Below are positions 17,220 to 36,393 of a stretch of DNA of 64,000 bases, in pieces. Source of the stretch: the human T2T-CHM13v2.0 reference genome, Homo sapiens. Made by a program: the position numbers and the translations under genes. Numbering within the stretch: the first letter of the stretch is position 1; every line of letters starts with the position of its first letter. Under the pieces are notes generated by a model that was given only the letters and a program-made list of their open reading frames with translations, was not told where the DNA came from and made no database searches. Location: NCBI RefSeq assembly GCF_009914755.1, contig NC_060941.1. One strand, written 5' to 3'.

Positions 17220-18022
17220 GTGATTCAAAATATAGATGTATTAAAGGGCACAGAGTATAATGTTTTCCCCCTTACCCTGTCTCACAGTTTCTCTGTCCTT
17301 GGAGGCAACCATGTTATCATTTCATGTCTCCCTCCAGAAATATCCCATACAAATATAAACAAATAGGTATATATAGTCTCCAGTCCTTTTTTATACAAAT
17401 GGGGCAAATTTGGCTCCCATTCTTTGCTGTTTTATTTTTTTTAAACTTACCAACATATTTCAGAATGTATTCCACACAGTTTCCCTTTCTTTTTTACTGT
17501 TGCGTAATATTCACTTCTATGAATGTACTATAGTTATTTGACTAGTTCTCTGTTAAACATTTAGGTCATTTCCAAGTGTTTGCTATTACAATGAACCGTA
17601 TGTGCCTGTCATTTTGCATATGTGCAAGTATAGCTGTAGGATAATTTCTATTTTTTTTTCTTTTTTTACCCAAACCAAAAATGGTCAATAGGATAAATTC
17701 TTTTTTTTAGATGGAGTCTTGCTCTGTTGCCCAGGCTGGAGTACAGTGGCTTGATCTCAGCTCACTGCAACCTCCGCCTCGTGGATTCAAGCAATTCTCC
17801 TGCCTCAGCCTCCTGAGTAGCCGGGTTACAGGCGCCCGCCACCACGCCTGGCTAATTTTTGTATTTTTAGTAGAGATGAGGTTCCACCATGTTGGTCAGG
17901 CTGGTCTCGAACTCCTGACCTCGTTATCTGCTCCCCTTGGCCTCCCAAAGTGCTGGGATTACAGGCGTGAGCCACTGCGCCTGGCCAGATAAATTCTTAG
18001 AAATAGATTTGTTGGGCCAAAG
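17220..18022 (-). mobile_element. Old L1M (L1ME-like) fragment interrupted by Alu 17700-17986
   Basis: aaacatttaggtcatttcca...tttgctattacaa, ttttgcatatgtgcaagtat; Alu TSD ataaattctt. Confidence 0.65.
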
Positions 18023-18066
18023 ACAATGAAGAGATAAACAAATAAATGACAGAGTGAAAACGGTGA

Positions 18067-18373
<307 letters not shown>

Positions 18374-18813
18374 GGCTGGATTTGTTTAGATTTGACAGAA
18401 AAATTCCAACCCTCTATACTTGTGGCCATGAAACAGTCTTCATCAGGAAAATCATAAAGTCAAACCTTGAGTGACAGGCCTGAGCTGGTGTTGTATGGTT
18501 GTACAAGGGCATTGGAGAATAAGATCTATCCTTATGTATTTTCCTAAATGAGTTCACTCAGCTGCTGCAGCACACTAGAGTGGGCTCTGGTCTGGACTCC
18601 AAGGAATGTTTGTATCACTGTCACACTGATGCCATTCTTTACCCCCAGCAGTGAAGACTGCTCCTATTTCAGGCCAGAAGATGGAGCTAGTGACAACATG
18701 CTGGTCTTGGGGGCCCTCCATCAGAATCTTAATTCTAACCAAAACCCACTCTGCACCAAAGTGGCTCCCACTATTACTCCACCCAAACCAGGCACCCACC
18801 CCCACTATTTTGA

Positions 18814-19141
<328 letters not shown>

Positions 19142-19332
19142 CTGCAAACCATATTCTCTATTACTTAAAAGTTAATTTGATTATGTTCCATAGTTCCAAT
19201 ATTTCATATGTTCCAATATAAGGAATCCTCATATTGGATTCCTAATCTTGGTCAGTCATATTGCAATATGTGGGGATTTTGGGGAAATGGTGCCCTGGGT
19301 TTGAGAGCTGGGGATAAACCTAGATCCATCCC

Positions 19333-20408
<1,076 letters not shown>

Positions 20409-20604
20409 CTGTCCCCAAATTTAAGAAAAAAACAATTCCAGAGGCATTTTCTTTCCATCAGTGGTGAATCACTAGCATTAGTGTGAGAAATGAAGAAAAG
20501 CTACTTCACTGGCAACTCTCATCTTTCAGAGAAACAAAGTAGTGGCCCACAAGTTCCACTCAACTATTAGGCAGTTCATTGGCCATGGTTCTGATACCTG
20601 GGTT

Positions 20605-20706
20605 TCATCTTTCTTCCACTTCAAAGGCAGTGGTGAGATACTCCTTTGGAACAATCCCAACGAGGCTGTTCAGTTCTCCCACCCACCAGCCATACATGTT
20701 ATACTC
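20605..20706 (-). CDS. SKAP1: SKAP1 last coding exon (C-terminal half of SH3 domain); whole exon 20598-20706
   Basis: Acceptor ttttcacttttcag|GAG. Translates [36 protein letters not shown] (SH3 WW and GIVPxxY motifs). Donor CAG|gtatca 7 nt after the stop. Confidence 0.96.
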   Translation of the reverse strand, partial: EYNMYGWWVGELNSLVGIVPKEYLTTAFEVEER

Positions 20707-21069
20707 CTGAAAAGTGAAAAGAGGATAGCGTCAGTTAGAATTTGTTCATGCTTCTGCTCATTTATTCTAGTGATTGCATGGGAGATTCTGTTTGGTGGTT
20801 TCATTGTTGCCATTATCACTGTGAACTGTTAACTTCCCTGATGGGATTATTAAATTTAAAAAAATCATCTAGAGGAAGAGAGCAAGCACTTTCCTTTTGC
20901 CATCTTCCTGTCTACATTGTAAAATTAGCACATTTGATGCCCTTGCTGAACCTGAAGAGCATTTTTTTTTAAACCAAGCCGAATGGTATGGCTTCTTAGA
21001 GAAAGTTGGGCACACATTAAATTGCCAGAACACTACAGATATTCAAGGGGTCAAGTCATAGTTCAAATC

Positions 21070-21380
21070 AATAATATTTATCAAGCATCTTCTATGTGCA
21101 AAGTGCTGTTTGAGTTCCCATGAGGTATGTAATGATGAATCAGAAGATTGCTTGCTCCTTGGGAGCTTACAGCAGAGTAATGGGCTTTGGAGTCAGACAG
21201 ACTGAGATCTAATCCTCGCTTGGTCATTTAGTAGTCACATGACCTTAGGTTCTCCTAGCTTTAGCTTCTTTGTGAGAGTAGGGATAATATCTCCCTTCTA
21301 TCTTGTGGGGATGTAAATTGTATCACTGAAGTAAAAACAACTGAAAGTGTTTGATACATAGTAGATGCTCTAAACATTAG
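21070..21380. mobile_element. L2 3' fragment (-) next to MIR (+)
   Basis: atatttatcaagcatcttctatgtgcaaag; tgggctttggagtcagacagactg. Confidence 0.65.
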
Positions 21381-21579
21381 ATTCTTTCCCTAGAACAGGT
21401 GAGAGGTGACAGGTACATTAATAATGACAGGCTAGTCACAGAGAGGAACAAACAAGAAAGAGGATGAGAGGGTTTTAAAGAGAGTTTAAGGGGTAGTCAC
21501 AGAGTGAGGATGCAGCTCCTTGAATACAGAAAAGCTTCTCAAAAGCACAGCAGATGTTGAAGAGTATGGGGCTATTTCT

Positions 21580-22850
<1,271 letters not shown>

Positions 22851-23099
22851 CCGAATGAAATTTTAAGTATGGGAAATATCACATATTCCAGTTCAATTGG
22901 ATTTGGGGTACCAAAGAGCTAACTGCTTCTTTGTACACTTGGTTGCTGAGTACTATTAGGAAAAACAAAACAAAAGAAGTAAAACCAGATTGGTGATATG
23001 TAAAATTCAGAGTCCCTAGCATTATCTGGTGATCTTTTTATCTCTGGATGCATATAATTATCATAGAATTATGATATCTAATATCTCCCCTCCTCAAAC

Positions 23100-25885
<2,786 letters not shown>

Positions 25886-26174
25886 TGATGAAATGAAGGG
25901 GGCAGTGGGAATTTGTATTCTTAGTTGAGCAGATTTAGTTACAACTAACTCCAAGATATTCCCCTGGTGATTGAACTAGTTGTGGCAGAAAGAGATCAAC
26001 TACCTTTGGAGACAGTCTCCTCAAATGGCTCCTTATACAACAATAAGAGTCTGAAATGCCACAAGAAGTGAGACTACTGAGTTGATCCTTTTAGGACCAG
26101 GGAAGTGCCTTGTGAAAATCAGCCTTAAATAACTAAATGTGTCTGTCTGCCACCTCTTCCTACACCACACCTTC

Positions 26175-26870
26175 TTTTCTTGTTTTGTTTTTTGAGACAG
26201 GGTTTCGCTCTGTTGCCCAGGATGGAGTGCAGTGGTGCAAGTATAGCTCACTGCAACCACTCCTGGGCTTAAGTGATCCTCCCGCTTCAGCCTCCTAAGT
26301 AACTAGGACTACAGGTGCATTTCACCATGCCTGGCTAGTTAAAAAAAAAACTTTTTTTTTTTTTTTTGTAGAGATGGGGTCTCCCTATGTTGCCCAGGCT
26401 GGTCCTGAACTCCTGGGTTCAAGCAATCCTCCTGCTTGTTGGGATTATTGGAGTGAGCCACTGTGCCTGACCCACCACACCTCATTTCCTCCCTCTCCCA
26501 GGCCAGCTTCTCCCTACAGTTCGCAACGTCTTATGGGAAATTACCTATAATTCTTTAGCTTTTTTTTTTTTTTTTTTTTGGGAGACAGGATTTCACTCCC
26601 TTCACCTAGGCTGAAGTGCAGTGGCATGATCTCGGCTCACTGCAACCTCTGCCTCCTGGGCTCGAGATTCTCCTGCCTCAGCCTCCAGAGTAGCTGGGAC
26701 CACAGGTGCATGCCACTGCCTAATTATTTTTTATTTGCTAATTATTTTGTATTTTTTTTTTGTAGAGATAAGAGTTTTGCAATGTTGCCTAGGCTAGCCT
26801 TGAACTCCTGAGCTCAAGTGATCCCCCAGCTTCAGGCTCCCAAAGTGCTGGGATTATACCCTGCCCAGCC
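26175..26870 (-). mobile_element. Two AluJ-like elements (26175-26472, 26560-26870)
   Basis: Diverged antisense Alus. Confidence 0.87.
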
Positions 26871-29269
26871 TGTCAGGGCATTTTTAAGCTCCTCTTGGTA
26901 CAAGATATGTTACTGTCCATTTTCCGACACTGAAATTAGGGCAGTTTCTGACTTAAGTTTTCTTGTAGTGTTGCCTTGCTGTGAAGGGGAAATACATACT
27001 CTGTCTACCTCTCACATTGTAACTCGTAAAAACTAGCTTTAGCTCTTCTGCTATCTCACAGGCAGAGAGTGGGCAGTGTTGTCTGAGAGTCTTTTGATCC
27101 AAGTCAACTTGCTGAAATGTGTGAAATGTGGTCTTCCACCTGCCAGATGCTGTCATCTGCATCACCTGCAGGGGACAGTAAGGCATTTGCTCCCCGGGGG
27201 TTGTTCAACGCTCCTAACTTTGACTAACACTTTGTAGCACCCCTCTTTAGTCGTAATGCCAGGAGTAGGGATGAAGCCTTGGGAAGGTGCTCTCTGCCAA
27301 CTCGAAGAGGGTGCGAACAGGAAGCAGATGAGTCTCAGCAGGGTACCTGCAAAAGCCAGGCTCCCAGTCTGTCTGCTCTTGCTCCAGGGGAACACTGACC
27401 CTGCCGACTGCAGATGTAGAAGCCTCGCCACAGTGATGAGAACTGAAATGAGTGAAATCAACTCTCTGCCCTTCAAAACAAAAGAGCAGGCAGAAGTGTA
27501 AGGAGGATGGCACAGTCCCAGAGACCATATGCATCCTGCTGTGGGAGCCTGGGAGCTTAATCAAAGCACCTACAGGTCCCGGGATCTGACTGTCTTTTCC
27601 AGATTTCATCCCTTGGCTGTATACCCGAAAAGGGCTGCAGGGCTGAGATGTTTAAAGCATGAATGGAAAATTTCTAACCTTCTCTCCCACTACCACCCCC
27701 ATGCGTTGCTCCAGCCCAGTCTGAACACCACGAGGTATTTTAAAATAATTTCTACTTTGATGAATTGCTGGGGAGTCCACAATTGCTCATAATCAAAGGG
27801 AGAAAAATGCAAATGAGATCCGGCCGAGAACTATCACCACCAAACGTTTATTTCACTGCACAGTGCCAAAAAGAATTAAAACAACATTAAACTCACAGCA
27901 ATCATGTTTAAGCCCTCGTTTCCAAGTGCCAAATTGCACCACTCTGGATCATACAGATGTTCGTTAATTATGCTAATTTTTATTAAACTATTAAAATGGA
28001 GAGAGTACTGGCTCAGTCAGGCAGACCCCAGCTCTGAATGAACCCTGCTCCTGTCTAAAGGTGCTAATTTACTGCATTTTTATTAAGTTGCTGATTCTTG
28101 AGTTTTAGTTTTAGGATGGCAAAGAGAACTGAATTTCTGGGATCAATGTTTTCTATAAAGTCTGATTTCTCTTTGCCCAGATGTTTGGAAAGATTGGAAA
28201 AATGCTGAGAGGCTCCCAGGAGACCTGAAATCCTCAATTTGGAAGTGTTTCTGTCTTCAAGGTAGGGATGCACATCTACAAGTGACTGTGTTAGGGCTTC
28301 AGAATTATACATGCTCACTATTCCATAACTCTACATATATTCTCAATGGTAGGGCTAAGATTTAAATTATACAAAATTGTTCAATGAAGATGTTTTAGAT
28401 AAGAATATAAAAAGTTATTAAAAAAAAACCCACAAACCTTTCCATCAGGGCTTGCTTCTTGCCACAAAGTCTTTTTAGAAACTTTCATCTAAAATAAGCA
28501 CAGTGTATGGTTTGTTCTCCTCATAAATATTTCTAGGTTTGACTAAACATCTGCTTCTCTCAATACCAACCTTGCCCCACCTCCTTGAACAACCCACATG
28601 AAGAAGTCTTAAAAATAAAAGTTGGCTATTTGCACTCCATTATATGGCTGTAGAAACTATTGGTCTGGATGAATGAAGCATTGAGTGAACCTGAAATAGA
28701 CGCAGCGCTCACCATCAGCAACAATCAAAGTGTTTATGGCAGATTTCACACTGCCATAAAAGGATTTATGCTAATCTCCATCAACAAGGAAAAAAAAAAA
28801 ACCCTACCAAACCTGCCATAAAAAGAACAGCAAATTCTATAAACAAAAAGCAGTATGGCCACCAACAATGGGCATGTTGCACAGCTTGACTCTGCCTCCA
28901 GTGGTTTCCTATTGCTGTTTATGGTTTCAGGACTATCATGGACCTCCTCAGAGCTCCTCCTGTCACAGGGCCCTGAGTCCCTGTGTGGTGCTGCAAATAC
29001 CCTGTCAGTAGGTGTCAGGGGATATTGGGGGAAAACCAGCAGGCGCCTATCATAAGGCTTAAAAGAGATTAAATACCCCTACTCCATGATTGCTACATTT
29101 TAATTTCTCTCCTCCCTGCTGGTTCCTATTTGTATAAGCTCTTCCATGGCTCCCCTGGAGTAGCACAGACATGACCTGGAATGACCATCCTGTCTTGGGA
29201 TGAGAATTCAATTTCTAGGCTCAGTGAATCCTAGGCTGTTCCAACAAAAGGAACTCACCATCCTCCAGG

Positions 29270-29445
29270 GCACAGATTCTTAAACCAGAGTCTGTGAACC
29301 CCTGGCCTCTCTGTGGATGGATGTGAAGGAATCTTTGAACTCCCTGAAACTGGTGTAAAATTTTGTGTGCATGTGTACGTAGGCCTCGTCTCTGGGGTGA
29401 GGCCCAGAACTTTCATCAGATTCTCAAAGGGTTTATGAACCCTTT
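29270..29445 (+). mobile_element. hAT-Charlie family MITE fragment
   Basis: aaaattttgtgtgcatgtg...ctttcatcagattctcaaaggg resembles short Charlie elements; subfamily uncertain. Confidence 0.6.
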
Positions 29446-29581
29446 GCAGTTTACCAGCCGGCACTCTATGGGAAAAAAATACAATGGTCTTTATGGGCTG
29501 GATCTGTACTTTGGCCCAGGGTGGGTATCCTCGCGCTCCCCACACACAGGCCCCTGCTTTTAAAAAATACAATGAAGGAGA

Positions 29582-30298
<717 letters not shown>

Positions 30299-32923
30299 AA
30301 GGCATCATCTGTTTAACTGTGACTTCAGAGTTGTGGTGTCTTCTCACAGTTTCCATTCAAATGGCTTGGAGCAAGCTGCTTGACACTGTCAGTTCCCTGG
30401 ATAAAGCTCCTAACAGAAACATTCTCTTTTCACATTGAATTGGGTTCCAAGTCTCCGTGGAACAAGATTCCCAGAAAATATCTCATACTTTTTTGTTCTT
30501 TTTACCATAAAAGTTCCCTATATCAGTGCTTATAAACAAGAGGATGCATCTTCAAGAGAACAGTCTATCAGCCCCTAACCCGAAAGATTAGTAAATGCTT
30601 GATATATGTATGGAAAGGTCAATCAATCACAGAAATATTGGTTTATGATTGCTTATTTCTCTTATTAGTGTTTGTGCATCATACATTGCTATTAGTTAAG
30701 ATGGGAAATTTGAATTCCTAAGCAGAGTAACTTGTACTATTCCAGGGTCAGTCCCAGACATCGTATTTTTACTCTGGATTTCCCCACAAATTCTCTACTC
30801 CTAAAATCCAGCTTTGGATATATAATGCTTTCTTAGGATATCATACCCTATGAAATAAATTAAGGGCTCCAAATCAGCATCCTTCTAACTGCCGAGAAAA
30901 ACAAGGCTGGGAACAGGAATTGTTCACCAAAGACAAAGTGCCCATTTTTCAGCACAGATAGTTTTATGAAGAGATTTTCCAGAAGGAGAAAGGAAATGGT
31001 CAGTTGGGTGGCCGGTGGGTTAGTGATGTTGGAACTTGTGAAAGGATCGAAGCTCAGCACTTGGCTGAAACCTTGGGTAGCGTGGCAGCCTCTCCAGGCT
31101 GTTTTACAATCTGTTTTAAGTTCTTGGCAATCACTTTCTCTTTTTCCATTATTCAGAGTTTTGGTCTATAAATCATAATAAAAATGAATCATTAAATTTG
31201 CCTCAATTGAGCTAGTTTTATTTACTGTTACATTTCAGGGAACTTGCTAACCTGGAGATTGATGGGCCTGGATACAGGGGAAAGTATGCAAGTGTGAGAA
31301 GGGGGACATGGGAAGGCTGGGTAGTCAGCAACAGCAGTTGGGAGGGGGGTGGGTCATGGTGACAACTCCACAAAGCGCACCCTGAGCTAAGTGTTCTGAG
31401 AAGAGGAATGTGTTCTCTAGATGGAGGGTCTCAGAGCACTTGAGTGCGAGAGAACATTCAGCCTTAAAGGTGAAGCTTATGTCCTGAACAGGGTGGGAGT
31501 GGATAATGATCAAGCTGAGGCCACGGAGGTGTGGAGGGCCTGTGCACACACTGCATGTTGTGGGTGAAATGTGTGCAAAACACAGAGTGGGTGTGTGCAA
31601 GTGTATGTGACAGAACAATCAAGCTGTGAAGGTAAGAGCAAAGGTGAAATAGGGCTGTAAAGAAAGAGAAATGAAAAGAAGCACACAACTTTACCTAAAG
31701 AAGAAAGAAGGGATAGAGGGAAGGTAAACACTTTGCAGATGGGAGAAAACAAGGTGCCAAGTGCAGAAGTCAGGAACAATAAAGACAGCACCATTTCGGA
31801 GCTGATAGAATTGTGATACCATGTGAGACGGGCGTATTAATATGTATTCCATAAACTGCGCAGCTCTGCACCGCTCTGTTTTGCTCTGACCGCAGTACCA
31901 GCCTCAGGCACCACAACACAATTTGGAAACAATGTGACGGAAATGTTTAATCTGCTCGGCCCATCTGTGCTGCGTATTTCTCCAGATCTCCCTGAGAGAG
32001 GCGCCTTGAATCTCCACATTGCCTTTAATATTCTCCTAAATCACCTCCCTACTGCACTTCAAGGGCCATTGCTACAATATCACAGGTTCATCTAAAGTGC
32101 AATGGGGAGGGGGTGTTGGGGGAGGCGCAGGCCGGGAGATTTTTTATTTTAAAATAATTTCCAGAGATCGTCTTTTCTGCTTCCTTTAAAAAAAAAGAAG
32201 AAAAGTTATTCTACTGTTGCCTTAAGGTTATTGAGGTTGTTTGGTGCAAAACAGGGTAGGATAGAGTGGAATCATTCTCCAAAGAATTATTTTTATTAAT
32301 CTCGATTCTCTCAAATGGACATGGGAGGGTGAGCAGATGCTCGTTCTCTCTTATCTCTTTTCCTTGCACCTTGCTAGAAAGCACACATAGGGTATGCTAG
32401 GGTGATGTGTTCATTTGGGGTTGGAGCCTCTCTCCTTTCCACTCTTGGCATCAGGTACCAGCTTGTTAGTTCCCAGGGCCAACCCTGTCTCTGCTCCACT
32501 CTAAACAAAGCCATCTCATTCAGGACAAGTATACATTTAGTCTCTGGTCAACATGCCCTCATTAGGAGAGGACTCTGTCTATATTTTTAATTTTAGCTTA
32601 AAACCTTAGATTTTCTCTCCTTAAGTAGAGATGTTGGGTGTCAGATTTCCACTGCCTTTCCCCACTTGATTGCGCCAGATTCAGCAATTTGGGTCTAGCT
32701 GGGGTGGGTTTTGGAGAAAGAGGGATGACAAGTCACCATGTTCCAGACCCTAGACAAATGGAAGAGAGTTGCACATCACCAAGAAAATTAGGATTCCTTT
32801 TGCTTTGTGAATTAAAGAAATGAATAATTTAATCCTCAAGATTGTTCCGGCGAGGGAAAAGCAACGTCCCAGTTGCGGAGCCCTACAGCCTGTCGGTGTG
32901 TTACATCATCTGCACACATAGGC

Positions 32924-32937
32924 GTTTCCATGACAAC
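32924..32937. promoter_or_regulatory. RFX X-box
   Basis: GTTTCCATGACAAC, close to GTTNCCATGGNAAC. Confidence 0.5.
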
Positions 32938-33015
32938 CGCTTATAGCTTCATTTCCTGGATCCCTCTAGGGGGTGTCACAGCCAGATCCACCTGCTTTTC
33001 ACCCTACCCTCGGTG

Positions 33016-33032
33016 GGGTCATGGTAAGGTCG
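33016..33032 (+). promoter_or_regulatory. Candidate DR5 retinoic acid response element
   Basis: GGGTCA-tggta-AGGTCG; one mismatch to RGKTCA-N5-RGKTCA. Confidence 0.45.
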
Positions 33033-36000
33033 CCAGAATAAATGAACGCGGGTACTAATGATCTGTTTACTGCTGTTTATGCTCTGTGTGTGTCAGGGGC
33101 ACGCACATTTAGAGAGCTCATTATGGTTGCAATTAGAATGCACCATCGCTAGATATTTAACTCCTTTTTCTTTTAAATTAGCATTTTAATAACATTCTTT
33201 GAGCAGAGAAACAAAATGACCATTTTTCACGGACAAACTTCTAGCTGTAGGTGCAACTTTAATGGCAAAGTTGTGAAGGGGAAAGAAGGGGAAAAAAGGC
33301 CATTTTTACTACTTTCACCCTCCTCCTTACCAAAAGGATATTTTTATTTGCTTTCTAACACACTCAATTTCCTAAATTTGTTTTGAATCCAATTATTTTG
33401 GGTGGTTTAAAGTACTGCACTCTTGTTGGACGGAAATTAGCAGCGATTGAAATTAACTTTTTATGTGACCTGTGAAAGGGGCTAAAATAATTACAAGTGT
33501 GTAGAAGAAACTCTCCAAAAGACCCTTGCTGTAGGATCAGGCTGTGATCCGATGATGCCATTATCCAAATATCTTTATACAGCAAATACAAGGGCTTTTT
33601 TCTTTAAAAAGGTGATTGCAATTATTGTTTCTGTTTTGTAATTCTGAGGATTATCTTGTAGAGGATAAGTGATGACAAAAACTTGTCATTATAGACAGGA
33701 TAAATAAGCAGAAAGAATGAAAATAATAACACAGCATTGTTTACCATTTAAAAATGGTGAGCATCAAAAAGCAGGAGAGGAGGAACAGGAAAGGTGTAGA
33801 GACCCCCTTGGTTACAATGTTTCAAAAGGCATTGCTTTGTAGGGATCAGCCAACACCCTTTCTAGGTGTTTATAGATGCTCTGTTTGTGTAAAGTACAGT
33901 GAAAAATAACAATTTGAATGTTTCGATTATCTTTCCCAGTCCGTTCCATTTTCATTATTTATTTCCTATAAATCGGGACCTTGCTGAACATAATTCTGCA
34001 GACAAGGAGGTGGATGGGACAGCCAATGTGAACAAGGAGATAGATGGTGGGTGCGTATAAGATAGATGCTATGCGCTTATGAAAAAGAGCAGTATGTCTG
34101 CATGTGAACATCCACAAAGTAGAGCGAGCAAGCGTGTACACGACAACGGGTATTTATAGGTGGAAAAAGGTGCAAGGAAGATTATGTGGGAACAGGCACA
34201 GAGAGTCTGAAACGGTTTGCTCTTTTCCCTACCCTCCTGGAATCCACGTCCAAGTTCTGCCTAAGATGTCCCACACTTGCTGTGGCTCCTGTGAACCTCG
34301 CAAGCCTTTCCATGACAACAGACGGGGATTTCACAGCCAGAAGACTTAGGAGGTCAACAGTTGAAAAGCAAGATTTAGAGAGATCTTTAAACAATCACAC
34401 TAACCTCCCTCCCCTTCCAAAGACAGAAGGAGGAAAACATTTAAAGACGCAGCAGGAAAAAAAAAAAAAAAAGAGCCTTTCTAAAAATGCAAGTTTAAAA
34501 TGTTCATGCTTTTGTATCAGCCTAGTTGCACCTTAGAATCTGCCATTTCATAAATAAAATACCGATGGCATAGAGTATAATTTGGTGACAGCTACCCCAG
34601 GACATATCTAGATGCACTTCTGTTATTTTAATTAAATACTGCATTATGGTTTGTGACAACTACATAGCTATAGCGTAAATGAATTCAGAATTAAAGTGTT
34701 ACTTAGGCATCCAGTAATTTTTGTTTCATTCCTTAGTTTTACAAAGCAAATAGCTATAAAATCAAGATGTTTGTTCATTTACAGATGGAGCAGGATTGTC
34801 GTCGCTGTTTTTTTCCTCCTTAATCCTCATCCACAAAAAGAAGACACAGTTCAGAGTCTGGCTCCCAACACTCTTAGCTTATGAGCCACATCACAAAGAA
34901 AAACACATCCTCTTGACTATAATGTGAAATGCTGAATATTAATTGCTGGTATTATGCCTATCTTTCTAGCTGGGTTCTGTCTTTTAACAATTATTCGGAT
35001 GGGCTACAGCCTTGCACTGCCAGGAGATTCTTCTCCTTTGTTTAATAGTTAGAAACCAATTTTATTAAAAAACGGTAAAGTTCACAATGCTCCATGTAAG
35101 TTCTTAGTATTTGGAACTCTCCCCAAATACAGAATATTATCAGGAACAGAGAAACTGCAGACTCTCTTTGCTAAATATGATGAACATTTCTGCATTTAAA
35201 AGAAAAAAATATTTTTCATTTTAGCAATATTAATGTTTCCTTAATGAAACTGGAGAGGGTGTTACAATTTGATATACTTGGTTAGTTTCATTGTCACTTC
35301 ACTAGCAAATCATGAGAAAGGTTCAGAATATTCTCATCTATCAGGTACAGATTTTCACTCAAAATTAATATGTAGAGTAAAAGGATTTTTGTTCAAATCT
35401 GAGGATTTAACTGTATCTTTAACGTTTCATATGTCAAGATGAAAGTTTTTAAATAACTAGTTTTCTGAAACCATTTCTATTATTTCTAATTTGAGAATCA
35501 ATATGATCTTTTTATTAGCCTTAAATACCATACATCTGGGAATGTCTGCAAATTTAAGCTTTTCTGTGTTCTAATCAATTACCTTCAGTCTTGCATAACT
35601 AATCCTATAATCTCCATAGAAGTTACTGCCCTGTATGTTAGCAATGAGGTTATACTTTGTTTCAATATTTTGCTAGTTTGGTTGGAGAGCTGAATCATGC
35701 AATACCAAGAAATGGTGGCAGAAGAGGTTTGGGGAGGCTGAGTTTCTTTTGAGAAAATAATTATACTGAAACAAAGCTTTTGTGACTCCTTTTAAATAGG
35801 GCATCTCACCAAAATGTCATCCAGCCTCTTTGGCAGATTAGTGGGGAGTTTATTACTAAATCTCTGTCTAATAAATGTGCAGTTGACTCTGGAGGAGCTG
35901 CTTGTTATAATACTGGCGGTGGGAAATGGAGGGAATGTCACAGTTAAAGACACAAATTTTCCCCATAATATATTCAAATGGAAACCTCTGAATCCAATAC

Positions 36001-36393
36001 TACATGGGCATATCTAATAAATTCACAATATTTCAGTTTCCGCAGCCTTCACCGGTTAGTTTTAAAGATTTATGTGGTAAAAAATTACTCAGTGATGAAT
36101 ATGGTTTATTCTGTGCAGTATTGGAGGTATAAGGAATTAAACTACCATCTTTAACAGTGAATATATTATTACCTCTGTCAAAAGACGAAGACGTTAACAG
36201 CATTTGTTATAAATTCACTGCAAAATAAATGGCTGGAATTTTTTACACTGGAGTTTGTAAAGCATCGGGCAATTCTGAGCATTAACCTAACCCGGCCGTG
36301 GCTTATATGGTTCTAGGTAAACGTTTCTGTCTGGGCTTCGTAGTTAATTATCTGGTCTGGAATTTTCCCCAACTGAAAACTGTGTGCACATGG

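Noticed and set aside
21048-21065. GGGTCA-agtcat-AGTTCA as a RARE
   Set aside because: The spacer is 6 nt, not DR1/2/5.
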